DNA from: an uncultured delta proteobacterium | GTDB lineage: Bacteria; Desulfobacterota; Syntrophia; Syntrophales; UBA2185 | Reading direction: 5' to 3' | Assembly: GCA_963729715.1 (NCBI GenBank) | Contig: CAVSPA010000005.1 | Location: forward strand, 96,001-160,000 | Length of the DNA: 64,000 nt | Shown here: positions 9,332 to 22,300 of the stretch, one piece after another | Numbering within the stretch: position 1 is the first letter of the stretch | Layout of the letters: every line of letters starts with the position of its first letter | Position numbers and translations under genes: made by a program | The notes under the pieces: model-generated | Databases searched by the model: none | Told to the model about the DNA's origin: nothing | What the model saw: the letters and a program-made list of their open reading frames with translations, nothing else

Positions 9332-11965
9332 ATGAAAAAACTTACTCTTGCCAAACTTGAACATCACCTATTCGCTGCTGCAGACATCCTGCGGGGGAAA
9401 ATGGATGCCTCTGAGTATAAAGAATATATCTTCGGAATACTTTTCCTGAAGCGCTGCTCTGATGTGTTTCAGGAGGAGTACGAAAGAATAATCAAGGCAA
9501 ACCTTGAAAAAGGTCGCCCGGAGGAAGAAGCGATCAAACGGGCCGACGATCCTGCCCGCTACACCAATTTCTATGTCCCGAAAGAATCGAGATGGCAGAC
9601 CCTCCAGCACGCCCACCGAAATATCGGCGATGAACTGAACAAAGCGCTAATGGGTCTTGAACACGTAAACCAGGGCCTCGACGGCGTCCTTGCCCATATA
9701 GATTTCACAAAAAAAGTGGGAAAAACGAAGATCCCCGACCAGAAGCTCCAGGATTTAATCGTCCATTTCAATAAGTACCGCCTGAGAAATGAGGACTTCG
9801 AGTTTCCCGACCTCCTTGGCGCCGCCTATGAGTATCTCATTGGAGAATTTGCCGATTCCGCCGGCAAGAAAGGCGGCGAGTTCTATACCCCCAGAGATGT
9901 GGTGCGCCTCATGGTCAGAATTATCAAGCCTCAGGAAGCCATGCGGATCTACGATCCCTGCGTGGGCTCAGGCGGCATGCTGATCCTGTCAAAGCAGTAT
10001 GTGGAGGAATACGGCGGCAATCCCTCCAACGTCTCTCTTTACGGCCAGGACAACAACGGTGGCGTCTGGGCCATCTGCAAGATGAACATGATTCTCCACG
10101 GCATACCTGATGCGAACATACAGAACGAAGACGTCCTGATGAATCCCCTCCATCTGGACGCCGGAGAGCTGATGCGCTTCGACCGGGTCATCACCAATCC
10201 CCCTTTCAGCCAGAATTATTCAAAGGAGGGGATGAAATTTCCCGAGCGCTTTCCCTATGGTTTCTGTCCCGAAACTGGCAAAAAGTCGGACTTGATGTTC
10301 TTTCAGCATATGCTGGCCGTTTTGAGACCCGGCGGTATGATGGCAACGGTCATGCCCCACGGCGTCCTCTTCAGAGGCGGTGAAGAAAAGAAGATTCGGA
10401 CAAAGATCCTTGAAGCCGATATCCTCGAAGCGGTCATCAGTCTTCCGCCCAATCTTTTTTATGGAACTGGCATTCCAGCCTGTATCATGATTTGCAGAGC
10501 AAAAGGGGCAAAGGCGGAAGCGAGAAAGGGGAAAATTCTCTTTATCAATGCAGATGGGGAGTACTACTCCGGCCGTGCCCAGAATTATCTCCGCCCGGAG
10601 CACATTGAAAAGATCGTCGCTGCTTTCGACGCCTTCAATGATATACCCGGATATGCAACTGTTGTTGAAATAAGTGACGTCGAAGCCAACGAATGGAACC
10701 TGAACATCCGCCGTTATGCAGACAACGCACCGCCGCCAGAGCTCCATGATGTGCGGGCGCACCTTGACGGAGGTATACCGCAACGTGAGGTAGAAGATAA
10801 AAGAGACCTCTTCGCCGCCCATGGATTAGCGCCCTCCGTGGTCTTCGTCGAGCGGGATAAGGACTATTTCGACTTCGATCCCACCATCGCCAAGCGCGCC
10901 GCTATCAAGAAAAAAATAGAGGATGACGACGCCCTAAAAAAAAGGGAGACAGAAATTTTCACGACCTTTGACAGGTGGTGGGGAGAACATATTCACATCC
11001 TGCAAAACCTTCCCGCTACGGCAAATGTTATGAAAGCGCGGTCGGCCCTTCTTTCTGCATTTGGCAAAACCTTAACGCCCGTCGGTCTCCTCGACAACTT
11101 CAAGGTTTCCGGTGTCATTGCCTCCTGGTGGAACGAGGTTCTGTATGACCTCAAATCCCTGGTTGCCCAAGGATTCGGCGGGCTTCTTGACGGCTGGATC
11201 GATACCATCGAAGACGCCATGGAGGATAGAAAAGGAAACAATTTCGAACCAGGAGAAGATCCCCTCGTTGTAAGGCTTGTTCCTGAATATCTGGAAGAAC
11301 TTGTAAACGCGAGGCAGGAGATCGTCCGTCTCGAACAGGAGAAAGAAGCCTTTGAGGCACAGGAAAACGAGGAATACGAAGGCGAGGATGAAGGCGATGA
11401 AGGTGACAGACCCAATTACGCCCAAGAGTTGAAAAAGCAGATTGCTGACCTCAAAAACATCATCAAAGAAGACAAAGGAAAGATCAAGATTCTAACAGGG
11501 GCAAAAAAGACGAAAGGCTCTATAAAATTCTATGAGGAAATGGGCGCCGATACGGGTCCGCTACAAGCACATTTAAGAGAGTTATTGGCAAAGATCGCGC
11601 CTGCTGAAGAAAGTATCAGGAAATTGGAAGAGCAACTGGCCCCATACAATGACATCCTCGAAAAACTGAAAGAATCAAAGAAGCAATTGAAGACTCTGCA
11701 ACGGCGGTTCATCGAGCAACTGCGTGAGGCACGTGATACAATGACTGATGACGACTGCGCGGCGCTGGTGCTCAAAATCCTGAAAGGAAAACTTTCAGGG
11801 CATCTTGAAGCCTATGTCGCTGCTCACAGACAGGAGGTCGTTGCCGCGTTTGAAAATTGGTGGGATAAGTACAAAGTTACGTTAAACGAGATAAAAACAA
11901 ACAAAAAGTTTATAGAATCTAGTCTGTCAAAGATGATGCTGAGCTTGGGTTATATCAATGAATGA
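9332..11965 (+). CDS. hsdM: Type I R-M methyltransferase with long C-terminal coiled-coil extension
   Basis: [33 protein letters not shown]. Confidence 0.95.
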   Translation: MKKLTLAKLEHHLFAAADILRGKMDASEYKEYIFGILFLKRCSDVFQEEYERIIKANLEKGRPEEEAIKRADDPARYTNFYVPKESRWQTLQHAHRNIGDELNKALMGLEHVNQGLDGVLAHIDFTKKVGKTKIPDQKLQDLIVHFNKYRLRNEDFEFPDLLGAAYEYLIGEFADSAGKKGGEFYTPRDVVRLMVRIIKPQEAMRIYDPCVGSGGMLILSKQYVEEYGGNPSNVSLYGQDNNGGVWAICKMNMILHGIPDANIQNEDVLMNPLHLDAGELMRFDRVITNPPFSQNYSKEGMKFPERFPYGFCPETGKKSDLMFFQHMLAVLRPGGMMATVMPHGVLFRGGEEKKIRTKILEADILEAVISLPPNLFYGTGIPACIMICRAKGAKAEARKGKILFINADGEYYSGRAQNYLRPEHIEKIVAAFDAFNDIPGYATVVEISDVEANEWNLNIRRYADNAPPPELHDVRAHLDGGIPQREVEDKRDLFAAHGLAPSVVFVERDKDYFDFDPTIAKRAAIKKKIEDDDALKKRETEIFTTFDRWWGEHIHILQNLPATANVMKARSALLSAFGKTLTPVGLLDNFKVSGVIASWWNEVLYDLKSLVAQGFGGLLDGWIDTIEDAMEDRKGNNFEPGEDPLVVRLVPEYLEELVNARQEIVRLEQEKEAFEAQENEEYEGEDEGDEGDRPNYAQELKKQIADLKNIIKEDKGKIKILTGAKKTKGSIKFYEEMGADTGPLQAHLRELLAKIAPAEESIRKLEEQLAPYNDILEKLKESKKQLKTLQRRFIEQLREARDTMTDDDCAALVLKILKGKLSGHLEAYVAAHRQEVVAAFENWWDKYKVTLNEIKTNKKFIESSLSKMMLSLGYINE

Positions 11966-13235
11966 TAATTGGACCGAAGAACAACTTGGTAAAAATGCCT
12001 ATATAAAAGGGCGTATCGGATGGAGGGGGCTTAAGGCCAGTGAATATAAAAACGATGGACCATTTTTGATTGCAGGAAATCACATTAAAAACGGCCGTGT
12101 TGATTGGTCACTTTGCGACCACATTAATATACATCGTTATAATGAATCATGGGAAATTGCTCTTCAAGAAAAGGATATCATTCTGACGAAAGATGGTACG
12201 ATAGGTCGAATAGCAATAATTGACACCCTGCCAGGGCCATCAACCATCAACAGCACAATGATGCTCATACGAGTCAGGCCACCTTTGATAGCGGAATTCA
12301 TATATCATTATCTGAACAGTGCTTCGTTCCAAAAGATAGTCGAGGATAGAGTATCTGGGAGCTCAATACCTCACATTTTTCAGCAGGACATGAAAAGGTT
12401 GAAAACACCTGTTCCTTCTGAGATTGAACAACGCCAAATAGCCACTTTTCTTGACACCACTAACAAGGCGATTCAGAGGACTGAGCAGCTTATCGTAAAA
12501 CTGAAATCCATCAAGCAAGGATTGCTCCATGACCTCCTCACCCGCGGTCTCGATGAAAATGGCCAACTCCGCAACCCCATTGCCCATCCGGAACAGTTCA
12601 AGGATTCACAGCTCGGCAAAATACCAAATGAATGGGAAGTATACCCTATCAACGAGATTGGCAAGATTGTGGCCGGAACTACACCATCGCGAGTTGTTCC
12701 ATCCTATTGGGGCGGGATAATACCCTGGATAACGCCAACTGACATGTCCAAGCTAAGGACCGACTACATATCAAGTGGACAGGATTGGCTTACACAGAAG
12801 GGTTTAGACAGTTGTTCTGCATATCTTCTGCCTGTTGGCTCTATCGTTGTCACAACAAGAGCGACCCTCGGCTTAGCTGCCATTACTCAACGAGAGCTTG
12901 CTACAAATCAGGGCTTCAAAAATATCATCATAAAGGATGGCTGGGATAATAGGTTTGTTTGTTACAAGATTCAAGCTTTGTCCAACGAGATGGTGAGGAG
13001 AGCTTCAGGCACTACATTCATGGAAATCTCTGGAACTCAATTTTCTCTTCTTGAAATAGCTGCACCGGCCCCAGGGTCCAATGAACAGGATATGATTGCA
13101 AGCGCGATCGCTGCTCATAACCAGAGAATTACAACAGCGCAAATCTATTTAGAAAAGCTAACAGCAATCAAAAAAGGCCTCATGCACGACCTCTTAACCG
13201 GAAAGGTTAGGGTGAATATTAACAAAGAGGAATAG
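11958..13235 (+). CDS. hsdS: Type I R-M specificity subunit
   Basis: Two TRDs with conserved EQRQIA...[10 protein letters not shown] and [11 protein letters not shown] helices. Confidence 0.95.
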   Translation: MNDNWTEEQLGKNAYIKGRIGWRGLKASEYKNDGPFLIAGNHIKNGRVDWSLCDHINIHRYNESWEIALQEKDIILTKDGTIGRIAIIDTLPGPSTINSTMMLIRVRPPLIAEFIYHYLNSASFQKIVEDRVSGSSIPHIFQQDMKRLKTPVPSEIEQRQIATFLDTTNKAIQRTEQLIVKLKSIKQGLLHDLLTRGLDENGQLRNPIAHPEQFKDSQLGKIPNEWEVYPINEIGKIVAGTTPSRVVPSYWGGIIPWITPTDMSKLRTDYISSGQDWLTQKGLDSCSAYLLPVGSIVVTTRATLGLAAITQRELATNQGFKNIIIKDGWDNRFVCYKIQALSNEMVRRASGTTFMEISGTQFSLLEIAAPAPGSNEQDMIASAIAAHNQRITTAQIYLEKLTAIKKGLMHDLLTGKVRVNINKEE

Positions 13236-13239
13236 AAAA

Positions 13240-15183
13240 ATGAAGATATCCACCATTCTTGACCAGATTGATCTTGGAACGATTGCGCTTCCCCATTTCC
13301 AGCGTGGTTTTGTCTGGAATCGTGATCAGGTTAAAGGACTCATCAATTCACTCTACAAGAGATTCCCTATCGGAAGCCTCCTCATCTGGGTCACACCTTC
13401 GGAGGGTGCGCCCACGCGTGGCGAAGGGCCGGTATCGCCGGGGGTTGTTAATCTTTTACTGGATGGACAACAGAGAATAACCTCTCTTTATGGCATCGTT
13501 CGCGGGAAGCCTCCAATGTTTTTTGAGGGCGATGAAAAGGTATTCACAGGACTCTATTTTCATATAGAGGACCAGGTCTTTGAGTTTTACATGCCCATGA
13601 AGATGAAGGACGATCCTCTCTGGGTCAATGTGACGCAGCTTGTGCAAAAAGGTGCTGCCACAGTCTTCGGCTCATTAATGACAAAATTGGAAACTGAAGA
13701 CAAAAGGACTCAGTGTCTTGCCCGTCTCAATGCTATCGACCAAATCAAAGAGATTGAACTATACGATGAAAAAATCACAGGACAGGATATGTCTATTGAC
13801 ATTGTTGTTGATATTTTCAACCGGATAAACTCCGGTGGCACAAAACTCTCAAAGGGTGACCTTGCCCTGGCAAAGATATGCGCCACATGGCCCGAGGCGA
13901 GGACTGAAATGAGAAAGAAGCTTAAAAAGTGGAAAAATGTGGACTTTCAATTCACCCTCGAATGGCTGCTGAGAAATGTAACGACTTTACTTACCGGCGA
14001 GGCCTATTTCTCGAGCTTAAAAGATGTTGATACGCATACTTTCAAAAATGGGCTCATCGAGGCGGAAAAAAGGATTGACGCTCTTCTGAACCTGATTTCA
14101 TCACGCCTGGGGCTTGACCATGACAGAGTGCTCGGCGGTCGGGGCGCCATACCCCTCATAACACGGTATCTCTCCCAGCATGGCGACAAACACCCGGATC
14201 ATATCGAGAGGGATAAGCTCCTCTACTGGTATGTTCATACGTTCTTATGGGGCAGATATGCAGGATCAACCGAGAGTGTGCTTGCCCAGGATTTGACATT
14301 CATAGAAAAAAAGGATGGTGCATTGGATCGTTTAATCGACAGCCTGCGCAAAATAAGAGGAGACCTCACGATTAAAGAACAGGATGTGAGCGGATGGAGT
14401 ACCGGTGCGCGGTTCTATCCGCTGCTGTATCTTTTAACGCGGGTCGGCGGCGCCAGGGACTGGGGCAGCGGCGTCGAGCTATCCGGGTTCATGCTTGGCA
14501 AATTAAGCGCCCTTCAGGTTCATCACATTTTTCCCAAGGCCGTTCTCTACGAAAATAAGTTCGACCGATCAGAGGTGAATGCCGTTGCGAATTTTACATT
14601 TCAGACACAGGAAACAAACCTCTGGATTGGAAAGAAACTTCCTGAAAAATACTTTAGGGACATCGAAGAGAAGCACCCTGGCACCCTGCAAACGCACTGG
14701 ATACCGATGGATAAAGACCTGTGGACGGTGGATGGATATCGTGACTTTCTGAAAGAACGAAGAAAGCTCATCGCGCAGGCGGCAAACAACTTCCTGGAGA
14801 GTCTTCTCCACGGAAAGATACCTGAATCGAAGATTGTGGAAGATATAATGCTCAGAAAAGCTGTGGCTGTTCCTGTAAAACTGATTACCGATGAGGAAGA
14901 AGACTTGCTTTTGGAGTGTGCAGTATGGGTAGAAAAACAGGGGTTACCCTCGGCAGAAATCGAATACGAGTTGTGTGATGATACAGGCAACCTGCTCGCT
15001 GTTCTGGACCTTGCGTGGCCGGAGGGTATGCAGCCGGGTCTCAGCAAACCCGTTGCTCTCCTTTTTAATGGCGGGAGAGATGTTGAGCAGATACTAAACC
15101 AGAAGGGATACATCTATTTCACTTCAGCCGATGAGTTGAAGGAATATGTACAAGGTGAGATTCTCAAAGGAGAGAATGCTTAA
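13240..15183 (+). CDS. DUF262 + DUF1524-like (GmrSD-like) nuclease
   Basis: LPHFQRGFVW, LDGQQR, FNRINSGG, HHIFP...ANF motifs; C-terminal LDLAWP domain. Confidence 0.88.
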   Translation: MKISTILDQIDLGTIALPHFQRGFVWNRDQVKGLINSLYKRFPIGSLLIWVTPSEGAPTRGEGPVSPGVVNLLLDGQQRITSLYGIVRGKPPMFFEGDEKVFTGLYFHIEDQVFEFYMPMKMKDDPLWVNVTQLVQKGAATVFGSLMTKLETEDKRTQCLARLNAIDQIKEIELYDEKITGQDMSIDIVVDIFNRINSGGTKLSKGDLALAKICATWPEARTEMRKKLKKWKNVDFQFTLEWLLRNVTTLLTGEAYFSSLKDVDTHTFKNGLIEAEKRIDALLNLISSRLGLDHDRVLGGRGAIPLITRYLSQHGDKHPDHIERDKLLYWYVHTFLWGRYAGSTESVLAQDLTFIEKKDGALDRLIDSLRKIRGDLTIKEQDVSGWSTGARFYPLLYLLTRVGGARDWGSGVELSGFMLGKLSALQVHHIFPKAVLYENKFDRSEVNAVANFTFQTQETNLWIGKKLPEKYFRDIEEKHPGTLQTHWIPMDKDLWTVDGYRDFLKERRKLIAQAANNFLESLLHGKIPESKIVEDIMLRKAVAVPVKLITDEEEDLLLECAVWVEKQGLPSAEIEYELCDDTGNLLAVLDLAWPEGMQPGLSKPVALLFNGGRDVEQILNQKGYIYFTSADELKEYVQGEILKGENA

Positions 15184-15215
15184 TGCAAATAAATTGCTAA
15201 ACTGAAGAGGCATGG

Positions 15216-18200
15216 ATGTCTTTACCTGATGAAAAAACCTATGTGGAAATCCCTTTTATCAAGCAGCTAAAAGGGATGGGATGGCAGCACATCGAAGGCG
15301 ATATTGATGTGCCCTATCTAACAGAGAGGGAAAGTTTCCGCGACGTTTTACTGACTGACAGACTCCGGCAGGCGTTAAGGAACATAAACCTCACTGAAAA
15401 GGGCGAACCCTGGCTCGATGACCATCGCATCAACCAGGCCATCAGCAGACTGGAGCGGATCAGTTCCCCGAAACTCATGGAGGCCAATAAAGAGGCTTCT
15501 GAATATATTCTTCGGGGTGTTGAGGTCGATGGGCATCCCGTGTTGCACGGAGGTAAAGACAAGACAGTCAGCCTCATTGATTTTGATCATCCCGACCGGA
15601 ACGATTTCCTTGCAATCAATCAATTCCGCGTTGATCTGCCTGGTGGAAAGACCTTTATTACCCCCGATATGGTGCTTTTCGTCAATGGCATCCCCCTCGT
15701 CGTTATTGAATGCAAAAGCCCGAAACTCACTAACCCTATGGAAGAGGGCATCAATCAGCTCCTCAGATATTCCAATCAGCGACAGGCCGTGGAGGAAGAG
15801 GAAGGGTGTGAAAGACTCTTTTATTTCAACCAATTCCTCGTCAGCACTTACCGACAGGAAGCCCGTGCTGCTACAGTAGGGGCAGGTTATGAGCACTACA
15901 TGGAGTGGAAGGATACGAGCCCTCTTCCTATGAGTGTTGTAGCGAAGGAATTGGGGAAAAAGGAGCTGAACAGTCAGGACGTGCTCATAGCCGGGATGCT
16001 CCGGAGAACGCATCTTCTCGATATCGTCAGAAACTTTATTCTCTTTGACGAAAGAGACGGCAAACAGGTGAAGATGCTCTGCCGGTATCCGCAGTTCCGG
16101 GCAGCGCAAAGGGCGATCGAGCGCTTGAGGACGGGCAAAACGAGAAAAGAAGACGGTGATGCGGACCAGCGCGGCGGCATCATCTGGCATACCCAGGGCT
16201 CCGGGAAGAGCTACACGATGGTGTTCCTCGTCCGGAAGATGAGAACCCTCGATGACCTGAAAGACTTCAAGGTCGTTATCGTTACGGACAGGGTTCAACT
16301 TGAAGGTCAGTTAAAGGGGAGCGCGGCCCTTGCCGGTGAGACGGTTTATCATGCCGACAGCAAAGACAGGCTTGCAGCGTTGATGCGGGATACAAGCTCC
16401 AACATCGTCTTCACGATGGTGCAGAAATACCAGGACCGTGAGACGCCCGTGTCCGAGGACTATGAAGTCCCGGAATATGAAATGCTCAAGGCGGCCGCGT
16501 CAGAAGAGAAAAAGAGCGAATACAAACTTCCCCCCAAACCGATTATATTCCCCATCTGGAACGCTTCGGAGAAAATTCTGATTCTCACCGACGAGGCACA
16601 CAGATCGCATACGAGCATGCTGCATGCGAACATGATGCGGGCGCTTCCCAATGCAGTAAATATTGGATTCACGGGAACACCGATTATCGCGGGTAAAGGA
16701 AAGAAGACTTACGAAATCTTCGGCGATTACATTGATCGCTACACGATTGAAGAGTCACAGCGGGACGGGGCGACTGTCAAAATCCTGTATGAAGGACGGA
16801 AGGTTAATGCCAAGGTCGAAGACGGGAGAACGCTCGACCAGTTCTTTGATGATATGTTCCGGTCGAAGACCGAAGAAGAAAGAGAGGCCATAAGACGAAG
16901 ATATGGCAATGTGGAGAATATTCTTGAGTCGCTGAATCTTGTCCAGGCGAAGGCGGAGGATATGCTTCTCCATTACGCAGCAAACACTCTGCCCAGCGGT
17001 TTTAAGGCCCAGGTGGTCGCGGTGAGCCGAAAAGCCGCCATCCGCTACTATGAAGCTTTTTCCAAGGCAAAGGAAAAGCTTTTGAAGAGGATCGAAATCC
17101 TTGATCCGAGGCTGTTTCGCCTTTCCGAGGATGAACAGAAAAACCTCGACGAAGAGACACGCTTTCTGATGATTGCCGCAAAGCAGAAAGATATTCTTCA
17201 AAAACTTGAATTTGCCGCGATTATTTCCGGCGACCATAACGACCCGCCCCACTACAAACAGCATACGGACAAGAGCACACATGAGGTCCTTGTCGGAAAG
17301 AATGGGAGATTCAAGAAATCCTTCAAAGAAGACACGCTTGCCGTCATTATTATAAAGAGCATGCTGCTTGTCGGGTTTGACGCCCCCGTTGAACAGGTCA
17401 TGTATCTTGACCGCTTCATGGAAGGCCACGAACTCCTTCAGGCGATTGCCCGGGTAAATCGCTGCCGCAATGGAAAGACGCATGGTCTCGTGGTGGATTA
17501 CTATGGGGTAGGCGCCCGTCTTACGGAAGCCCTCGCCATGTACGCACAGGAGGACATCAAGGGTGCGCTTATCAATGTCAAAGACGAACTCCCAAAGCTT
17601 GAAGATCGCCACCGGAGGGTGTTGGAGCTGTTTCATAGCCGTGATATTGAGGATCTCACAGATGTGGAGGCCTGCGTTAACCTGTTGCGGGATGTGGAGA
17701 TCAGAGCCGAATTTATTCGGTGTGTTGGTGACTTTGCCGAGAGCATGGATGTGATCATGCCACGCCCCGAGGCCCTTCCCTATGTCTATGATTTGAAACT
17801 CCTCGGATTCATCAACAAGACCGCTGCCAACCGGTACCGCGATTCACAACTCAATATTGCCGGGGTGGGCGACAAGGTAAAAAAACTGCTCGATGAACAC
17901 ATTGTGGCACAGGGGGTTGATCCGAAAGTTCCGCCCATATCCATCTTCGATGAAAACTTTGAGAAACAGGTTGATGCGCTGAAGTCCAGGAAGTCCCAAG
18001 CGTTGGAGATGGAACATGCGGCAAGGTTCCATATTCAGAAACATTATAACGAAGACCCTGCATTGTACAAGAAACTAAGCGAAAGGCTCAAAGAGATTCT
18101 GGATGCCTTCGGAGAAAACTGGGATGCCCTCGTAGAAGAATTGAGGAAATTTATCAGAGAAACCAGGGCGGGGCGAAAAGAGGATGAAACAGGTTTGGAT

Positions 18201-18494
18201 CCCAAAACCCAGGCGCCGTTCTTGGGCATCCTGGTCGATGAATATGGAAAGCCAGCGGCGGATAAGAAAATGAAGGAATTCTGCGAAGCCGTCATCGAAA
18301 TCGTGGAACATGTAAAGCAGGAGATTGGCCTCCAGGATTTCTGGCGTCGGAAACACGCGCAGAATCTTTTGAGAACATGGATCATCAACGAGATAGACGA
18401 CAGAAATATCGTTCCTTATGAAAAAATCCACCGTATTGCGGATCGATTTATCGAACTTGCGAAAACGTTGCATCTGCGTTTGGTAAAGTCATGA
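15216..18494 (+). CDS. hsdR: Type I restriction subunit R
   Basis: PDMVLFVNGIPLVVIECK, WHTQGSGKS, DEAHRS, GFTGTP, QAIARVNR. Confidence 0.96.
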   Translation: MSLPDEKTYVEIPFIKQLKGMGWQHIEGDIDVPYLTERESFRDVLLTDRLRQALRNINLTEKGEPWLDDHRINQAISRLERISSPKLMEANKEASEYILRGVEVDGHPVLHGGKDKTVSLIDFDHPDRNDFLAINQFRVDLPGGKTFITPDMVLFVNGIPLVVIECKSPKLTNPMEEGINQLLRYSNQRQAVEEEEGCERLFYFNQFLVSTYRQEARAATVGAGYEHYMEWKDTSPLPMSVVAKELGKKELNSQDVLIAGMLRRTHLLDIVRNFILFDERDGKQVKMLCRYPQFRAAQRAIERLRTGKTRKEDGDADQRGGIIWHTQGSGKSYTMVFLVRKMRTLDDLKDFKVVIVTDRVQLEGQLKGSAALAGETVYHADSKDRLAALMRDTSSNIVFTMVQKYQDRETPVSEDYEVPEYEMLKAAASEEKKSEYKLPPKPIIFPIWNASEKILILTDEAHRSHTSMLHANMMRALPNAVNIGFTGTPIIAGKGKKTYEIFGDYIDRYTIEESQRDGATVKILYEGRKVNAKVEDGRTLDQFFDDMFRSKTEEEREAIRRRYGNVENILESLNLVQAKAEDMLLHYAANTLPSGFKAQVVAVSRKAAIRYYEAFSKAKEKLLKRIEILDPRLFRLSEDEQKNLDEETRFLMIAAKQKDILQKLEFAAIISGDHNDPPHYKQHTDKSTHEVLVGKNGRFKKSFKEDTLAVIIIKSMLLVGFDAPVEQVMYLDRFMEGHELLQAIARVNRCRNGKTHGLVVDYYGVGARLTEALAMYAQEDIKGALINVKDELPKLEDRHRRVLELFHSRDIEDLTDVEACVNLLRDVEIRAEFIRCVGDFAESMDVIMPRPEALPYVYDLKLLGFINKTAANRYRDSQLNIAGVGDKVKKLLDEHIVAQGVDPKVPPISIFDENFEKQVDALKSRKSQALEMEHAARFHIQKHYNEDPALYKKLSERLKEILDAFGENWDALVEELRKFIRETRAGRKEDETGLDPKTQAPFLGILVDEYGKPAADKKMKEFCEAVIEIVEHVKQEIGLQDFWRRKHAQNLLRTWIINEIDDRNIVPYEKIHRIADRFIELAKTLHLRLVKS

Positions 18495-19216
18495 GAAATA
18501 AATTTACAACTGAGGGCATAGAGTATTCTATAAAAAGAACCGGAAGAACATCCTTGGGAATCTCGGTCGAACGGGATGGGACCGTTATTGTAACTGCGCC
18601 CCAAGATGCGGATTCAGCGGCGATAACAAAATTTGTTTCCAGCAAACGTCTATGGATTCATCAGAAACTTGCCTATAAAATCCAAACGAACAAGGAAAAA
18701 ATTCATCGTGATTTCGTCAACGGGCAAGGGTTCTTGTACCTCGGAAAAAGTTATCGACTGAAGTTGATGAAAAATGGCGATGGCAGGGATTCTGTCAAAA
18801 AATCGGACGGATCACATCTTTTGCGTTTCAACCATGGCCATTTTGAACTTCCAGAGAACGAGCAGGCACGTGCGCGCGAACACTTTATTAAATGGTATAA
18901 AAAGCAGACTGAACAGCAAATGAGACTTAGAATCCTCCGCTATGACAAGCGGGTTGGAGCTGAGGTGCAATGCATCCGGGTCTTGGATCTGGGCAATCGA
19001 TGGGCGTCATGCGGGGATAAGGGCACTTTGAATTTCAACTGGCGCACCGTTATGGCCCCCGTCTGGGTTTTCGATTATATCCTGGTTCACGAGATGGCGC
19101 ACATGCTTCAGAAAGGCCATACGAAGGATTTCTGGCGTCTTGTATCGCGGGTGATCCCCGATTACGAGGAGCACAAAGCCTGGCTGCAGGAACACGGCGT
19201 GGAGATGGATATTTGA
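18491..19216 (+). CDS. M48/YgjP (DUF45) metallopeptidase-like protein
   Basis: RWASC, YILVHEMAH (HExxH), H...FW; commonly follows hsdR. Confidence 0.9.
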   Translation: MRNKFTTEGIEYSIKRTGRTSLGISVERDGTVIVTAPQDADSAAITKFVSSKRLWIHQKLAYKIQTNKEKIHRDFVNGQGFLYLGKSYRLKLMKNGDGRDSVKKSDGSHLLRFNHGHFELPENEQARAREHFIKWYKKQTEQQMRLRILRYDKRVGAEVQCIRVLDLGNRWASCGDKGTLNFNWRTVMAPVWVFDYILVHEMAHMLQKGHTKDFWRLVSRVIPDYEEHKAWLQEHGVEMDI

Positions 19217-19349
19217 TCTGTGTGATTCTGTCGAAAGAGACATTGCTTAAGCGATGAGCGTGGTCGATCACGTTAGATTAGGTTCCAATAGTATATTAGA
19301 GATGACAGAAAAAGGAGATTTAATTGTCTTAGAAAATAATATTATATAG

Positions 19350-22300
19350 GTGCAATGGATGGCTACAAAATATAAAGGTGGCGACGAGGTTCAGTGCATA
19401 AGCGATCCATCGTTAATAGGCACTGTCGTTCAAATTCGTGAGCTACATAACGATATCCAGTACTATCTCGTCAACTTCGGCCCCGCTGGACGAACGGTCA
19501 AGCCGGAAGTTGACCTACGGCCGTTTGTTCCTGATCCCACTCCGTATGATAACCTTGTCAGGGGGAATATCGATTCCTACCAGGAATTTCAAAGGCTAAT
19601 CACCTACCAAAGGATCATACGGAGCCAGCCTCTCGATAATAATATCTATGCCTTTAATGCGTCACGGACAAGATTCTTCCCCTATCAATTCAAGCCACTT
19701 TTAAAATTTCTTGCTTCACCCAGACATAGACTATTGATTGCCGATGAAGTTGGTCTTGGAAAAACAATCGAGGCCGGATTGATATTGACCGAACTTCGCG
19801 CACGCCGTGATGTGCAAAGAACTTTGATAGTATGTCCGGCAAATCTTACCGAAAAGTGGCAAATCGAACTCAAGAGACGCTTCGGTGAGAAATTCACTAT
19901 TTTAAATGCAAGACAATTCTTAAAGTTTATTGACGATTACGAACGAAGACCCGATGAAGAGAATTTAAATGGAATAATTTCTTTAGAATCCATTCGCAAG
20001 CAGACAATCTTTGATCGTCTGGAAGAAGTAGCCCCAAGTTTTGATTTCGTGGCCATTGATGAAGCACATCACATGAGGAACTTACAAACAAAACTGCGTA
20101 AAGTGGGCGTGTTGCTCAGTCGTAGCAGCGATGCGCTTCTAATGTTGACTGCAACACCTGTTCATTTGGGCAATGAAAATCTCTTCAGCCTTTTAAATAT
20201 TCTTGACGATGATGAATTTCCGGACTTTTTGACTGTGGAGAATAGAATACGCCATAATGAACCGATTGTAAAAACCCAGTTTTGTTTGGGCAGTATTCCT
20301 CCGAATGTGGAAGAAGCTATACGGTTAATAGAGTCAACAGGACAGTCTGAATGGATCAGAACCAATCCTCTCCGCAAAGAGATACTGGAATCATTGGCAC
20401 AATTGAGGTTAGCGCTCTCGGACAAAATTCAATCCAGGCAACTTGTTTTAAAAATGCAGCGGGATATTGCAGATTTAAATTTAATCGGTCATATTTTCAG
20501 TCGAACGCGGAAAAGGGATGTACAAGTACATTTCCCGTTGAGAAGGGCGTTCCCAATCCGCTTGAAATTCACTGAACTGGAAAAGCAGTTTTACGATACT
20601 GTAACAACCTATGTTCGTATGCACTCAGAACGTAATGTCGCAAATCCACAAATTCTAAGGTGGTTACTTAATATGCCGCAACGACGCATGGCGTCTTCTA
20701 TCCCAGCTATGGTTGAATTTTATCGGCAAAAATTTCTATCCGTCAGCCAAGATGTGTCGGAAGATAGTCCTTTTTCTGAGGATGATTTAAACAGTCAGTT
20801 GTTGCCGGAAGGTCGCTTTAAGGACGTAGAAACAACTTTAAGACTACTTGTGCAAAACTGGCCGGAAGAAGGGCAGGATACAAAATATGAGAAATTCATC
20901 GAAATATTGCGCGTAATGAAAAGGGAAGAACAATCGCTCAAAGTAATGGTTTTTGCTTTCTTTAAGGATACCTTAGGATATCTGAAGAAGCGGCTCACTG
21001 TTGATGGATTCAAGTGCGTCTTAATTAGCGGTGACGTTCCTCCAAATGAACGCACGAAATTGGTGGATACCTTCAGAGAGAAAAAAGACTTGGAGGTGTT
21101 GCTTTCTTCAAGAGTAGGTAGCGAAGGATTGGATTTTCAGTTCTGTGACACGCTTTTCAATTATGATCTTCCCTGGAACCCCATGGAGGTTGAGCAACGG
21201 ATCGGCCGCCTCGACAGAATCGGACAAGAATCCCCAACAATCAGAATATTTAATTTTTGGATCGAAGGAACTATCGAGGAGCGGATTCTTGGAAGGCTGT
21301 ATGAGAGGATTAATATCTTTGAGAAGTCGATAGGGGAGTTGGAATTAATACTTGGAAAGGAGGTCAGTAACATTGAGAAAGAGCTATTAATCAAGAAACT
21401 CACAGCTGAGGAAGAAGAGAAGATTATAGAAAATAAATTCAAAGTAATTGAAACGAGAATGCATCAACTGAAAACATTAGAAACGGAGGCCGCACAGTTT
21501 ATTGGAACAGATCAATATTTCGATGAAGAAGTGAAGAGGATCAGACTCCACAGACGGTATATCACGAGCGAACAGATGTACCGGTTCATCCTTGATTATC
21601 TCAAAACAAATTGTCCGCGGACACGCTTAGAGTATGATCAATCAAGTAATCGAGGCTCAATCTTTCCCGACAACAACTTGCAGTCAACATTGCTTAAATA
21701 TGCAGGGGCTTCCTCTGCAACCCGTTATATAAGTTCGCCTCATGATGGCGTACCGATTACTTTTGATTCACAGATCGCCTTTGATTTACCGAATGTTGAT
21801 TTTATCAATGTCTTGCACCCCATTACCCAGGCGATCGTCCGGAATTACGAAGATGCAGGAGGACTTCAATCCAACGTGCATCATGTGGTTCTGAATACAG
21901 ATGCATTGCTTAAAGGATTCTATCTATATTTCATTTTCAAACTTAAGGTCAAAGCAGCGCGAAGCAATAATACAATAGAGATGATTATTTTGGATAAAGA
22001 TCTTAAAGTTGCATGTACTGATGATGATGCCGAAATTATCCTCGGGGATATGGTAGAAAGAGGCTTCGATGCCAAACAATCATGCGAGGTTAAGCCAGAT
22101 ATTTTAGATCAAGCGTACAAAGATGCAAAATCTATTTTTCACGAACGTGTTGAAAAAATACGCAAGGATGCAGAAAGAAACAATGATGCCTTCTTAAATC
22201 TTAGGTTGGAGAGCCTTCAATCATCATACGGGAAGAGTATAAAAATGAGGTCTGATCTATTACAGCAAGCCAACGTGAAGAAGAGTCATGCACGGTATAT

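Noticed and set aside
19271..19280. GTTAGAT as an att site before the SNF2 gene
   Set aside because: A 7-mer alone, with no L box or attC stem.
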